Positions 12,458 to 26,900 of a DNA stretch of 64,000 nt are shown piece by piece. Every line of letters starts with the position of its first letter. Positions within the stretch are counted from its first letter, which is position 1. The stretch is from positions 166,966,001-167,030,000 of the forward strand of contig OX597815.1 in NCBI GenBank assembly GCA_951406725.2, read 5' to 3'. The notes below the pieces were generated by a model. The model had not been told where the DNA came from and did not search any database. It saw nothing but the letters and a program-made list of their open reading frames with translations. The DNA is from Octopus vulgaris (taxonomy: Eukaryota). The position numbers and the translations under genes are program-made.

Positions 12458-14790
12458 TAGTGGTTCTCAAAGTGAACGGTATTGCCACCCCCCACACACA
12501 TATACCTGGGTGATGGAGCGATACAGGGCGGCGTTGAATTGGGGCAAAAGGGATATATACAGCATACATACCAGGATTTTAAAAAGTTCTGGGTTCGATT
12601 TGTTCGACTAAACACCTTTCGAGGTAGTGCCCCAGCATGGCCGCAGTTAACCGATTGAAACAAGTAAAAGATAAAAGCTATATACATAGAGAGAGAGGGA
12701 GGGAGAAAGATTGATTACTGAACAAATAATATCTTTTTCAAATAACTACAATTTTGAGTTTAATGCATTTGGCACGGATATTATCTTGAGTATATAGTTT
12801 TAGTCCTAAAATTTAGGGTAAAGATGAGAAATTCTTCATATCTCTCATTATTTGGTATTTTGTTCTAAGTAAAGAACTGCAATTATTTTAACGCAATTTA
12901 TGAATATAATATTAGTCAGAATTTACTTTCGTACATTGTTCTAAAACAGAGGCTTGACTCAACAGACTCGACATTTATTAAAATAGCAGCTATTTTAAAT
13001 ATAAATTACTATAACATTTTTTTTTTAAGAATTGGTGGAGTACACGTTATTGTAGTAGACTTCGAACCGGAGTTCACCGATTGAGTTTGTCTTTTGGTGT
13101 TTTCCGCATTTATTTCAAAATTTTGTATAAAAAAAAGACATTTATCTTTGTAAGACGTTCATAGCTGTCTTACATAAATAGGAATTTCTCTTCTTTTTTT
13201 CAGTATTTTTCTACATTCCACACTCGCAGGAGGACTTTCTTTAAAACTTTTTAATCCATGCATTTTTTAAACGTCTACCTATCCCCTCATCGTACATCCG
13301 GAACACAAGTTTCCACGTCTTTTTCTTACATTTTTTTCGTCATGTAGTATTTCCCATCTTGAAACACTTCTTACTGAAAAGTTTGGGAAAAAGCCATCAT
13401 GCATCAAATTTAGCTTACAGTTTGATTAGTCCGCTTTGTCAAGCAATGTTTGCTTCATCAAAGATTAACGTTTGGTTCAAGAGCTATTATTTGTAACGCA
13501 ACTAGTAGCAGATACAAAAGAGGAGTCAGTATTTCGTGTTTAAGCAATGGATGAGACACAATCGATGGTAGGTTGTCATTTCAGCTTCATCAGGTTATTG
13601 AAGTTATACGTAACGTATTTACAACGCACTATATGATCCACAGGCAACATCTGGTTGCAAATAACCTGTGATTAACTTAACAAATTGATGAGCATTGTTA
13701 TAACAGGAGTAAATAAAATCATGGCACATGCTCACAATTCGCCACCGTTTCTACAGCTCTGTACTGAGAATGATAACATGCTTGAATGTTTGCTGTTACA
13801 CACCGATGTTAGATGTCTGTCAAAGGGAAACTGTTTGAAAGTTTCTATTCCCTTTTTAAAACAGTTGTTTAATTCTTGCAAGTCTCTTATACTGTTCTTT
13901 GTGATGTACCAAGAAACATTGCTTATATGGCAGATACATTCACACAGTTCAATGAAGTTAATTTGCAACTGCGAGGAAATGAGGTTAAACCGTATCAAAA
14001 TAAAACTAGCTCTCTCCATGGTTCTGTCCAAGTTACAGCTAATAAAATTTAACTTAAGCCGTCGTTAGTTCTTTCAGTTTCTGATCCTCTCTGAATTGGA
14101 GAATAAAAAGCGCTTACCAAAAAATAACATTCAAGTCCATTGTTCACACCTGGATGAGCTGCACAGAGACATGTCTGCTAGATTTCAGGATATACATTTT
14201 TGATTCAAATACAAGTCTGGGTGATTCCTAGATATCAGTAATGAGGAAGCAAGAATAATGGAGGAAGAACTAGTTTCACTTAAAATGATATTGAACTGTG
14301 GTCAAAATTCTAACAAATCCATGCCAAGATTTTTTATTGCAAAAGAACCTTTCTAACCGCTATCCTGCACTATGGAACGAAGTCAGGATGTACTTTATTA
14401 CCTTTCCAGCATCATATTTTGTTGAGCGGGGCTTCAGTGCAGTTGCCCAGATTCTTTCTGAGCAAAGAAAAAGACTGAACATTATTGAACGTGGGGATCT
14501 AAGACTACTTCTTAGTACCTTTCAGCCAGATGTCGAGAAGCTGATATCGCTGCACAATGTTGATCCATCACATTGAAGACATGAAAACAAAGCAGTTACA
14601 GGTGGGATGCAAATCTAGTCTTTCATATTGTAAATACAACAAGATAATGTGTTAATTAGGATAAGCTTTATTTGTGAAATACAATTATCTTGATTTGCTG
14701 TATAATGAGATGTGTGTTTGTATTGGTGAGTGGGGAGGGAGAGTGTTAGGAGTGTGACGTGGGCAATCTAGAAAGGTTTGGGATCCACTA
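12458..14790 (+). mobile_element. Decayed hAT (Charlie/Buster-type) DNA transposon
   Basis: Transposase remnants LLHTDVRCLSKGNCL and YPALW..FPASYFVERGFSAV..KRLNI..RGDLRLLL..P..EKL...H (13685-14576); TIR-like TAGTGGTTCTCAAA at 12458 and TTTGGGATCCACTA ending at 14790; imperfect 8-bp TSD GTGTATAC/ATATATAC. Confidence 0.85.
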
Positions 14791-14802
14791 ATATATACCG
14801 TT

Positions 14803-15067
14803 GTGGAGACTCGTTGCTTAATGGTTAGGGTGTCAGCATCATAATCGTAAGATAGTGGTTTCGATTCCTGGACCAGGCGACGCGTTGTGTTCTTGAGCAA
14901 AACACTTCATTTCACGTTGCTCTAGTCCACTCAGCTAGCAAAAATGAGTGACGCTGCAATGGATTGGCGTCCCGTCCAGCTGGAGTACACATACGCCAGT
15001 GAAACCAGGAAACCGGGCCCATGAGCCTGGCTAGGCTTTAAAAGGGCGCATTTATTATTATTTTAAG
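14803..15067 (+). mobile_element. tRNA-derived SINE (family 3) with TSD
   Basis: A/B boxes, core 'gtgttcttgagcaaaacacttcatttcac', 10-bp TSD ATATACCGTT (14793-14802 / 15068-15077); sister copy at 58402. Confidence 0.85.
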
Positions 15068-15741
15068 ATATACCGTTAATGGATACAGCGAAGGTTTTGG
15101 TGTAGATATAACCAATCATAATTTTTATTAAAAATTTTATGGTATAGGGAAGAATACTAATTTCAAAGCTATAGTAAAATGTTCACATAAAAGCAAGCAT
15201 TTAAACTATAAGGCTATTTAATTTCTTATTATTATGGCAATGAATTTTAAGACTGTTTTGTGTGCAATGATTTCTACTTTTGAACAATTTCCTGTTGATG
15301 CGTCTTTGGACTAATGAGTAGCTTATTCTACGGATTACTAATTAGAAGATGAGCCTGATATGAGCTTATAAATATTTATTTTAAAGAATTGTTGGTAAAT
15401 GGTTAAAATATATGTTAATAAACTGAAACTTCATTACTAAGAGTGAAATTTCCATCAAGAAAATCTGCTTCCCTGAGCTATACATGACTCTGGGATTAGG
15501 AAATCATCGTGTCTTTTTCGTATATGAGAAAAAATGGAGTTATATATAATGCGGGAGGCACAGAATAGATCCCCGATGCATGTATGAAGCAAAAGCTAAG
15601 GGTTTTCGGAAACCAATCAAATAGCAAATCATATATCAATGTGTTTGAGAATATTTTTCTCTACTTTCTATCATCCTGTTTTATAACGTAATCGTTTGAA
15701 AGATCGCAAGCGTCAGCTCATCACAATACATATGTATGTGT

Positions 15742-15839
<98 letters not shown>

Positions 15840-17254
15840 ATATAATGTATGTTATGTATGTATATTCGACCTTTTGGTTTACATTTTCCTGGAATAGACA
15901 AGATCAGTACCAATGGTAAGTCATGGAGTTGATACGAGCTAGTACACAATTGATGACGTCGTTCCAACATAACAGTAGCATGGCAAAGGACTAAAACCGG
16001 TAAATATCATACGCAAGTGCGTTCGTGCGAATGTGTGGCCGTGCAGGCGCATGTGTGTAAAATATACAAGAGGTCCATCGTCCATCGGAAAATACAACAA
16101 TAGAATTCTGTATAATACATAAAAGAAGTGGTAAATATTTACGGAAAACTTAAGTTACACTCTACTTGAATTTCACAAGCCCATTACATTCATTTGATAC
16201 CTTGGATCACCAGAGATAACCAGCCTGAACAATCGAAGCATTGTATATTTAAAGAGTGATTCATTGTGCATCGAAAATCCTCGAAAATAATACTATTGGA
16301 GAGATGATGGCCCTCTAGTAGTGCAATTAGCCAAGACAAAGACGATTGTGTTGCAAAACCACAAGAACATCCCCTAGTGCTTAGTTAAACACTTCTATAT
16401 TCTGAGTGTAAACAACAACAGAGTCTTCATTGTATTCCAATGCTCCAGGTTTGAGGTTCGATACAATGTTCATGGTCGATTCAATTCTTTTTCTCATTCT
16501 CGCAAAAGATTTATGCATATTTGTTTTAAAAATCGTTATAAATCAAGGCACATAGTACTATATACTTTCTGCATGCTATTTTCAACGAAATTATGGGAAG
16601 AATTCAATAACTGCATTATACACGTATTTAAACGTTCAAGCATTAGTCGTGAAAATCCCACGTTTACTTTAACTGTAGAATGACTGGAAGTTAGCAGAGA
16701 ATCATGCAGGTATACAATGTTCGTTAGAAATTGTATCTCATTTGAGATATTTGATTCCTCACACAGTGCAAAAGACCACGTTTGGTAGCATTGAAGTTGC
16801 ATTCTTGGGAAACTTCTCTGAAGTGCATGATCTTGTCACCTCTTCGACTTGCTTGAGACGTGCTACATCAAGAAATAATCTTAAGTATGGAGCGAAATCG
16901 AATACATTATCTATAACATTAGCCTGCTAGGCTACATGTTCATTGGTAACACTTTGACTAATCTTAATTGGCGTATTTCATTATTATTTGTACATAAGAG
17001 AACACTTTAGGTGGTAAGACTAGAACCCAGTCATGCTGGACGAAATGTGATATCGTAGTGGCTGTCCTACTGAGCTGTGGTTTTTAAAAGAAAGATAAAA
17101 TAACTTCAATTATACAGGAGCAAGTATGTCTGTCTGGTTATAACAATCACTTCTTAACCATGTACTTTTTGGTTCGGACCACTGTGTAGCTGCTTCTGCA
17201 AGAGTCTTCAATAACAGCAAGTTGACAAATGCCTTGTGTAAAGTTTGGTAGGCA

Positions 17255-17312
<58 letters not shown>

Positions 17313-17316
<4 letters not shown>

Positions 17317-17505
17317 AAAGTTTAAGAAAAAAGCAAAAGACGAAGACAGGTGGTGTACAAAACACAAACAGATACATTAGTATAACGCTCAGGAATAGAA
17401 AATGTCTTTTACGTTTCGAGCCTACGCTCTTTTACAGAAAGGGACACAGAAAAAACAAGGAGAGAAAAAAATGTGTGAAGTGGCTAACGATTTATCATGG
17501 CGACT
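17313..17505 (-). mobile_element. Penelope-like 3' terminal fragment (family A) with HHR-like motif at 17406-17441
   Basis: Reverse complement matches 53170-53365, which lies downstream of a GIY-YIG ORF; embedded between (TA)n tracts. Confidence 0.75.
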
Positions 17506-17536
<31 letters not shown>

Positions 17537-17537
17537 G

Positions 17538-17570
<33 letters not shown>

Positions 17571-18153
17571 GGTGTGTGTGTGTATTTAAATCTGGGTGTA
17601 AATGCGTCTATGTGGGAGAAGTGTGTATATATTTAGGTCGCTTAAAACCAGTGATGTTGATGTATCGTAGTATAGCAGATCGACAAATTCGTATTGAGAG
17701 AATCGCATTTCTGCTGCATATAAGTAATCTTTATTCAGTCAAGCGATTGATCGCAGAATCAGCGAGTTTTCAAGTCATTATCACTATATCACTATATCAC
17801 TAGTGACAGACATTGTCTTAGCATGGGTACATCCTGCAGACAAATCCCTACGAAGCAGAAATGCACCTCTGGCAATATCACCGCTTCTAGTAGACGATGA
17901 TTTTCGTCTGCTGCTGCCTTTGTATTTTCAAATACAAGGCATCAATAAGAGATAGTAACCTCGAACGAATACCGCAGTTACATTGCCTCCCCTATGTAAA
18001 TGTACTAAATATGATTCACTATGGCTATATATGAATATATAAATACATAGATACAAGCAGAAGACCTTGGCATGCTTTCTTTCTTTTAACAAAACGATTA
18101 TTTTATATACTGAGAAACAAATGAAAAACACAATTATTCAAATAAACGTAGAC

Positions 18154-18213
<60 letters not shown>

Positions 18214-18479
18214 AAATATTTAAAGATGCAGGGACATAAGCTGTCCTACGTCTCGATATTGTTCATCTATTCTACAATGTAGAATAGAAAGAAGAGTAAC
18301 TAAGAAGACATTCTCTGGCAATCTGAACGACGTGTTTCATTGAATAAAAAAATTACGCTCACTTTTGCATTACTCTCGGAAGAATTCGTGTACAAAAGAA
18401 CCAAATCGAGGAAGGATATTTAGAAAGGTATCTCCGCAATTCTTATAAAAGTTGTTTTTCGTTATCCGATGTAATTAAG

Positions 18480-20420
18480 ATATCAAGGTATTACAAATAC
18501 TTTGCCCGATCTACATGTAAAAAAAAAAAAACTCCCAACAAAAGAGAACTATCGGAGTTCCTCAAATCAATATGAGACCAATAAAAAGAAATCGCATGCA
18601 ATGCAAATATGAACCGTGTCATTCAGCTTAAGATTGATAGAAAGCTGGCTATTTTGAATCAGGGGCATAACAATAATGTACGCAAAACACAATATCACCA
18701 GAAAGAAATATAAACAATAAAAATCTACGCAAAAATATGATAACAATCTAAATAAAGGGGCGAACATCATTCCTCAGTTCTGTCAAATAAAAGAAGGGAA
18801 AAGAAAACTAGAAAATACGACGATTTTATAACACAAAATTTGTTGAAAGAAAAGCGTTGGACTAAACATAAATTTAGGTGCCAAGAAAAGAGCTGAGTTA
18901 ACTCATATTCTCAAAGAAAATATAAAATGAAAAGAATATTCAACATTCAAGTTAAATCTCTTAAAAAGATACGTAACGAAGACGAAACAGTCAACAAAAA
19001 TAATAATATTGCGATTATAAGTTATGAAAATAGATCTTACAAAACGAGTAGAATAACAAATCATAACATAATCACACACTGTAACACATAATACTGAGCA
19101 ACAAAATCCGAACTGAAACACAAACTAATCTATAACTAAAAGGCAATATAAGGAAGTGTTAGAAATAGGAAACTCTAAAGGTCTAAGTCATGCACAAGAA
19201 AATATGAAGGTGGAATTAGTAATTAAAAATAACCATTCTTCATATGGATCGGTGAAAGTATATTGCAATGAGGAAACTGAACGATGAAATAGCCACTACA
19301 AAAGAAAGCTTAAAAAATTAACAAATACGAAATTATTTATCAAACAACTCTAGTTACAAAGGAAACGGAGAATTTGTTCAGATCTTCCCATGTAAGTATA
19401 TTAAAACAAAATCAATATGAAAAGAAATGTACAGAGCAATTTTCTTTTACTTGCTTCAATCATTTGACTGCGGCCATGCTGGAGCACCGCCTTTAGCAAT
19501 GTTGGTAATAGTTGAAAATATCTCTCAAACGTATGTGATATCAATAACAAAAAGACACAACTGCAAACCCAGAGGTGCATATCCTAAAAATATAACATAA
19601 GAAAAAATAAGGGAAAAATGTTTGTATATGGATGACATTAAGTTGTATGCTTTAGATGATAAATAACTAGAAACACTGCTACAGCTAGTACACTGATTTA
19701 CTAGAGGAGTTAGTTTTAGATTAAGCTTGTAAAAATGCGTCAAGACAAATTTGAAAGAAGGAAAATTAAGAATAATAATATTTACTAATATTATGCTTAA
19801 CAAAGACAGAAAAACGGAATTGAACCAAGCAGAAATATTTATAAGTGAATGAAGTAGACAATACACGCAAATAAAATACGAGTTTAAAAGTAAATATAGA
19901 CTCATTAGATTATTACTTAAAACAGAGCTAAATAACAAAAATTAAGCAATAAGAATCTAAGCTCTAGCTGAGTCAGTAATTAGGTAGCATTTTCAACATG
20001 ATACTAAATGAAGTAGAAAGATTAGACAGAAAACGAGAACAATAATGACTATTTTTACATAACATTACTAAAAATGACATAGGATATATTGACATGAATT
20101 CAAGAAGACAGAGGCCTTATGTTACTAGAAAAGTTTATAAAATATCTTTTGTATGATATAAAAATATGTAGTAAAATATAATAGAAACCTCATACAAATA
20201 GCTACAAATACAAACCATTTCTCAGCTCAAGGAAGCTAGCTTATTAAGAATTTAGAAAACACAGCACTGCAAGGTACATCATACATATTTCGCGGAGTAG
20301 TTTCAAAGCGCAATAAATATACAGAACATTTCAAATGACTTAGGTGTACAGATCTGAGCTCGTTAGTGCAGTGATGGTATTCACAAGAAATGTGACTATT
20401 AAATAGGAAGAATGCTAACT
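18480..20420 (+). pseudogene. Heavily decayed R4/Dong-like non-LTR retrotransposon
   Basis: LYMDDIKLYA at 19622-19651; LLKTELNNKN; LDRK-RTIMT; RGL motif; C-terminal TALQGTSYIFR near 20260-20295. Boundaries approximate. Confidence 0.65.
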
Positions 20421-20559
20421 TATGACAACGAGACTGAAGACGTTAGGAACCACACAAGAACAAGACACAGATACATATCAAAGTTCTTGCATAATTTTTA
20501 ATGTTTTACAAATAACGTGTTCATGCAAGTGCTACCAGTCGAGAACTCTGCAAACCGGA

Positions 20560-21130
20560 AGCCATCAATGCATACCGGCCCCCTCACTGATATGAGGCCC
20601 CGCTTGCTAGATCAACTGGTTATAAAACAACCAAATCCAGTGGATAGCCTTTTCTACTGTAGTTTGGATATCGGTCATGGTGGTATTTACTTTCGATTAG
20701 TTAGGCCAAGCGATAACAAGAGTCGTTTCACACTGTGTCCAACAAACCCTCTACATCCGACATCGATTGGAAAATGCTCCGTTTTCCAGCCTGCGTCTTC
20801 ACATTCCTCGAGGAGGTTAACATAACGGTCAATCTTTCGAGCGGTGTCCATGTTATCTCGATAAGGAATCGTTAACTCGACTAGATTCACAACTTTCTTT
20901 CTTTCAAAGAACATTAAAATGTCTGGTTCTTTCGTAACTGGGATGGGAAAGAGTCCTTGACACCCTGGCAAATCTGCAGTCACCTCCTAATAGCCGTTCC
21001 AATTGTCATCGCTTACAGGAAGTTTGTTGTTCTCTTTGATATGGATCTGCTGTCTTGAGCTTACGAAGGTAATGAATTCTCTAGTTGGTACTTTCAACGT
21101 TTTTTTTTCTCTGTTGTTGAAATCAATTTA
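20560..21130 (-). pseudogene. HERO/NeSL-like non-LTR retrotransposon 3' fragment (restriction-like endonuclease)
   Basis: ORF 20687-20983: PDIL...VELTIPY...RY..L.EEC...GW...FPIDVGCRGF, a typical PD-(D/E)xK RLE C-terminus. Confidence 0.8.
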
Positions 21131-21144
21131 GTTTTTTATAGCAG

Positions 21145-21147
<3 letters not shown>

Positions 21148-21206
<59 letters not shown>

Positions 21207-21286
21207 TAGAAGAAGAAGAAGAAAAAGAAGAAGAAGAAGAAGAAGAAGAAGAAGAAGAAGAAGAAGAAAAGAAGAATGATGATGAT
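21148..21286. repeat. (AAT)n-(AAG)n-(GAT)n compound trinucleotide microsatellite
   Basis: Direct reading. Confidence 0.95.
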
Positions 21287-21519
21287 TTCAAAATTTGGCA
21301 CAAGGCCAACAATTTCGGGGGTAGTCAATTACATGACCCTAGTGGTCAAATAATCCTTATTTTATTGACCTCACCCCGAAAAAATAACCTCAATGACGGT
21401 AGTATACTGTAGCCACCACCACCACCATCGCATCAGTAGAAGTAGCGTTAGTAGAACTTGGTAGTGCCATGTTGATTATGATAATAATTAGGCTGCTGTT
21501 GCTGATGATGACTGTGATA

Positions 21520-21555
<36 letters not shown>

Positions 21556-21944
21556 GCGATGATGAATGGAAAGATAATTTACGTTCCTAGAAATAAGATC
21601 TTCGATAGCATAAATTGTTTCCAAACATTTCTTTTGACACATGATAGATGCGTCTCCAGGCCGTTTAGATTCGATAAGGGACGGCATTACTTCATTGCAA
21701 TGATATATATCTGAAACCGCGGGGGACCTTTAGTTTTCGCCATGAAAAGTTAGGATCAGTTAGAACGAAGTAATGTATATAGATGCAAGTATTTTCTCAC
21801 TATAAACATCCTTCTTTCTTCACTAAGATTCTAGATTTAGATCTGCCATGTGATCAGATGCATTTTATTATGACGTTGAGAAGTGTGTCTCATTAAATAC
21901 GCATGTGTATATGGTGTGTTTGCATTTTCATATTTATATACAAT

Positions 21945-22158
21945 CCTTTCTACTATAATCACAAGGCCTGAAATTTGGGGGAGGGAGATAGTCAGTTACA
22001 TCGACCTCATTGCTTAACTGGTATATTTTTTTCATCGACCCCGGAATGATGTAAGGCAAAGTCGACCTCGGCAGCATTTGAACTCAGATCGTAAAGACGG
22101 ACGAAATGCTGCTAAGCATTTTTCCTGGCGTGCTAATGATTCTGCCAGCTTGTCGCCT
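21945..22158 (-). mobile_element. SINE family 1
   Basis: Reverse complement of the family 1 consensus; flanks repeat 'tatttata'. Confidence 0.8.
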
Positions 22159-22428
22159 TATATTTATACATAATAAATGCACACGTATAGAGGATGTTCG
22201 CGCTAAATTTGAAGATTTTGATATCTCCACTTCTCCGGAACCGCTCGATGTATTCATGAACAGTTATTGGCGTTGGCGAGCATAAAGATTAAAGTTGTAG
22301 TTGAGAAAAAATCCGTTGACATGGAGGATTGAAGCCATTTGAATAGTGGAAAATAATTACCTGTGTCATGATGATTCATGCCGGGTATTAAAATGCTGAC
22401 ATCATGGCGGTATGTATGTGTGTGTTAC

Positions 22429-22660
22429 GGCAGCGAGCTGGCAGAAACGTTAGCACGCCGGGCGAAATGCTTCGGGGTATTTCGTCCGCCGCTACGTTCT
22501 GAGTTTAAATTCCGCCGAGGTCGACTTTGCCTTTCATCCTTTCGGGGTCGATTAAATAAGTACCAGTTACGCACTGGGGTCGATAAAATCGACTTAATCC
22601 GTTTGTCTGTCCTTGTTTGTCCTCTCTGTGTTTAGCCCCTTGTGGGCAGTAAAGAAATAG
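22429..22660 (+). mobile_element. SINE family 1
   Basis: Full head-to-tail copy. Confidence 0.85.
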
Positions 22661-23519
22661 GTATGCCTGTGTGTGTGTGTGTGTGTGTTTACATATTCAT
22701 ATATAATAAACGCAATCAGAAACTCACACATATGTAATGTGTGTACTGTGTGTGTGTGCGTGTGTGTATGTGTGCGTGTTTGTGTTTTTGTGTTCACGCA
22801 TGTGCGTGAAAGCGCATGGCATAGAGTTTAAACACTTGAGCGTTCAAATTTTGTATCGAATGCCACCATATGTTGTGGGGCACGATATCTCATTTCACGT
22901 TGCTCTGGTGTTGGTACAGCAGCCTCTGCCTCCAGCTGTCATATCATAGGTGTTTTGCTGAGACAACAAGTGGGAATGCCAAAGAGCTTCTATATTTCCT
23001 CGCGACTACATAGACACAATTAGCACAAAGCTAGTACATGCTACTAAGTCATATTCAGTCAGTAATGAAATTGCGTATGCATACAGAGAAGGAAGGGGAG
23101 AGAGAGAGGAAGAAAAAGAGAAAGAAATATAACATTGCTGTAACCCTAATCCGAACCCTAAATCTTAACGTTATATAATAATTGTAAACGGTGTGATGAT
23201 CTCAACTTAAAATGCTGATGAAACATTTCATTTACCTTCGTTTCAGAGATCTGCTCAAAAATAAATAACAATAAAAACTGACTGAACAAACCTACAATTC
23301 ACAGAACCAACAACAATAAACACGAAATACTCTCTAAGCAGTTATTTCATCACCATTAAATAGCTCCTGAATATCACACAAATTGCAAGAAAGACATCCT
23401 GGGCAATGTGGTTTTGGATATACAAACAGATGTGCATGTTTGATCAGGGAAACCAAGAAGTAAACAAAAACAACAATAGTTATATTCCCTTTCCCCTTAT
23501 AATTACCCGTTTAAAATTT

Positions 23520-23912
23520 TTTTCTACTCTAAGCACAAGGCCTTGAAAGTTTTTGGAGAAAGGGCTAGTCGATTACATCGACCCCAATGAGTAACTGATA
23601 CTTATGTCATCGACCCTGAAAGGATGAAAAGCAAAGACGACCTCAGCAGAATTTGAACTCAAAACGTAGCGGCTGACGAAATATCTATTTCTTTACTACC
23701 CACAAGGGGCTAAACACAGAGGGGACAAACAAGGACAGACAAACGGATTAAGTCGATTATATCGACCCCAGTGAGTAACTGATACTTATTTAATCGACCC
23801 CCGAAACGATGAAAGGCAAAGTCGACCTCGGCGGAATTTGAACTCAGAACGGAACGGCATACTTCTAAGCATTTCGCCTGACGTTCTAGCGATTCTGCCA
23901 GTTCGCCGCCTT
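23520..23912 (-). mobile_element. SINE family 1 tandem dimer
   Basis: Two head-to-tail bodies with a single tRNA head; flanks share 'ccgtttaaaatt' (23507-23518 / ~23917-23929). Confidence 0.8.
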
Positions 23913-26900
23913 ATATCCGTTTAAAATTGAATTCATAAATAAGCTATTTAGTTAAATTATTTTTCTGTAAATATATATTTTATGAATTCAAATGCTTACG
24001 GATAACTTTTCTCGTTTTTTTAAAAATCTAAGCTATTTATTTTCTGTTGGTCAGCGCGATCGTATATTGTTGGTTCTGCTTTCACTAATACACGATGACT
24101 CGCGTGAATTAGATACGTTTGATGTTAATCTATTTTATGAAATCTTAAAAATACTTGTGAGATAAAACCGGTTTCTCTTTTTTTTTCTTTAATGATAGTG
24201 TATTGTTGATTATCTGGAAAGAGGTTGGGGTCTACTAGATGTTTAAAAGTGACTAAAATTCGCAGCATGTCAGGGCAGCCCCTACCGCGACCACAACAGG
24301 AACTGAGAAGGCATAATTAAGTAAAAGAACTGCATATAGTTGTGTGGATATACAGCATGCGTAACAAGCGGCCAAAGCCTCCCGCCTACATTGCACTGTG
24401 CCTGTGGTGGAAACAAGGCAATTTCTCTCCATGAATAAGCGAAGAAGCGTTGGAAAAATGGGGTCATTACTACACCATCGTGTATCTCGTATAAAATTAG
24501 TATGTGTCTCATCGAAACATCATTAGTAACAAATGATAAATTCTTACACAGTCGCAAGACCAGAAATTGATGTGGGAGGGGACAGTCTATGACTTCAATT
24601 CCAATATTCGATTGGTACTTTAAATAAAGTACCAACCAACTCTGGAAGGATTAAAAGCAAAGTTGACTTTGGTGAGATTTGACCTCAGCATGTAAAGAGT
24701 CGGAATATAGAAAGGTAAGCTGCCAATCCACTGCCGTAACATCACTTGTATCAGCCTGCAATCCAACTGTTCTGAATGCTATCGCTGCTGCTAATAATAA
24801 TAATGCTAATACTAGTTTTGCTGTTGCGCTTCCTCTGCTGCCGAGCCTACGGTTGGTGTTGCTTTTACTATTACGGAATCGTCTCTCCAACTGTGCCATT
24901 TTTAACATGCATTTCTACTCAAGTTCACTGGAGCCACAAGATTGAAAAGCATTTAAGAGTATGTGTGTGTTCTGGTATGAGTACATATGTGTGTCTGCGA
25001 TTATATGTACATTACGAGTATTTCGCTCGTGTGTGCGTGCATACATGCATGCAAACACACATACATACAAGTATATGTACGTACGTGTGTATACATGTGT
25101 TTGTTCCTGTGCGTTAAAAATGTCACAAATTTTAGGAGATTTATTTCTTCAGAAAATCTTTGTACTTTACGGTTTTCCATTTTTTACAGCTTTAGCATCC
25201 CTCGAGAAAAAGCTGTTCATTAAACTAACAGAATTTACACATTTCATAGTCTTATGATATCTATGTCTAGACTCCATTTTTTTTTTTTACAAACAATTTT
25301 CATTCTTGTTTTGTTTTGCTGTTTGTTTCTGAAATTTCAGTTCGTTTCCCCTTAAGTGTCATAATGGTTCCAATATTTAGAGAAATAAAGGCGGTGAATG
25401 AGCCGAATCAGTTGAATGTCGGGAAATGTCTTGTGGTATTTTAGTTAATGTTTCCTGGCGTTCTGAATTCGAAACTTGCTAGTATCTACATTGTCCTTCA
25501 ATTTTCAGAATCTATGAAATAATTAATGATTTCTAATTTTCGTTCAAGGCAAGCGATTTTACGGAGCGATGGATTTGTCGGTTACATAGACTCCAGTGCT
25601 CGACTGGTACTTCCCTTTACCTATCCCGTGAGGATGACAGGCAGAGTTGACGGAATTTGAACTTCTATAGAATTTGAACTCAGAACGTAAAGACGGACGA
25701 AATGCTACTCAGCATTTTGCTCGGCGTGTCAATAATTCTCCCAGTTCACCGCCCTAATCCATGAAAAAAATTTATAATGAAGCAGTGATCGACTTTTACC
25801 CCTACCCTATAAAATTTGTTATCAGTGCATAAATGAGAAGCAATATAACGGGAATTAAATAAAACTGCATATTTAGGCGGGCTTGTATCGTTGCAGAATT
25901 TAATCACAGGTATCTGTGTTGAGGGTAGATTCTTTTTTATTTATGCTTTTTCTTGGGTACTAAAATTCTTTCTACTAGGGGAGCAACCCTTGAAATTGTG
26001 GGGAAGATTGGCAGTTACAACGACCACAGTACATTTTTATCGACCACTAAAGGATAAAATGCAAAGCCGCCCTTTGTGGAATTTGAACTTAAAACGTAAA
26101 GACAGACAAAATACTGTTAAGCATTTTTCCTGGCGTGCTAACGATTTTGTCCCCTTGCCTTAATAATATTGAATAATAGACAGAGTGCATAGACAGCTGA
26201 AGGTCTTTAACTTTATTGCAGTATTTGATTACGTCGTAGGTTTAAATTCTACCAGAATACATTTGTCAAAATTTATAATCAGTACTCAGAATGTGAGAAC
26301 GATGTAGAGGAGCAGAATCGATACATGATTTTGTCCGTTTATTTTACTTTGTTCACCATTGATTTTGACTATTGGAGTTGATAAAATAAACCCTTCTTTC
26401 TATGTTGTTATTTGTTCATTCTTGTTAAAGCAAAAATATGATCAAAATCATACCAACCTTCGCCATCGCGTTTTTTTGATGTTACAAGAATTACATTATA
26501 TGACTTTCCCTCATTTAAAATGCTATGATGTATTTTAAAATAAAAATTCGAATACGTAAAGATTTCTTCGTTGGTCTCAACGTAAAGAGCTGGAATAAGA
26601 AAATATTTTCTGTTATTTCCTGCAGCTCTTTAGGCTCCTAGTTCAAATCTCACCAGAATTACATTTGCTTTGCATCCGTTTGGGATCGATAGAATAAAGC
26701 GCCACTCAAATACTGCATCTGTGTTGTCGATCAACCTTTCCCTTTAAAATTACAGTACTTATGCCTAAATTAGAAACTATTACAACCAAATTGCTGCTGG
26801 GTTATGAAGCAGCGTTTTCTTTGCACTTTTAATAGTTCAAAAATTCTAAAGAAAAATTTCATCCACTTTGAACAGGGGAGGAAAATCTTTTCCTTCGTGT

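Noticed and set aside
14803-14880. tRNA-like A/B boxes here and at other SINE heads
   Set aside because: They continue into SINE bodies with tails and TSDs, and I could not form a complete cloverleaf; not tRNA genes.
24651-24945. Overlapping ORFs, one with a signal-peptide-like hydrophobic stretch
   Set aside because: The hydrophobic run comes from decayed trinucleotide repeats next to a SINE remnant; no domain similarity.
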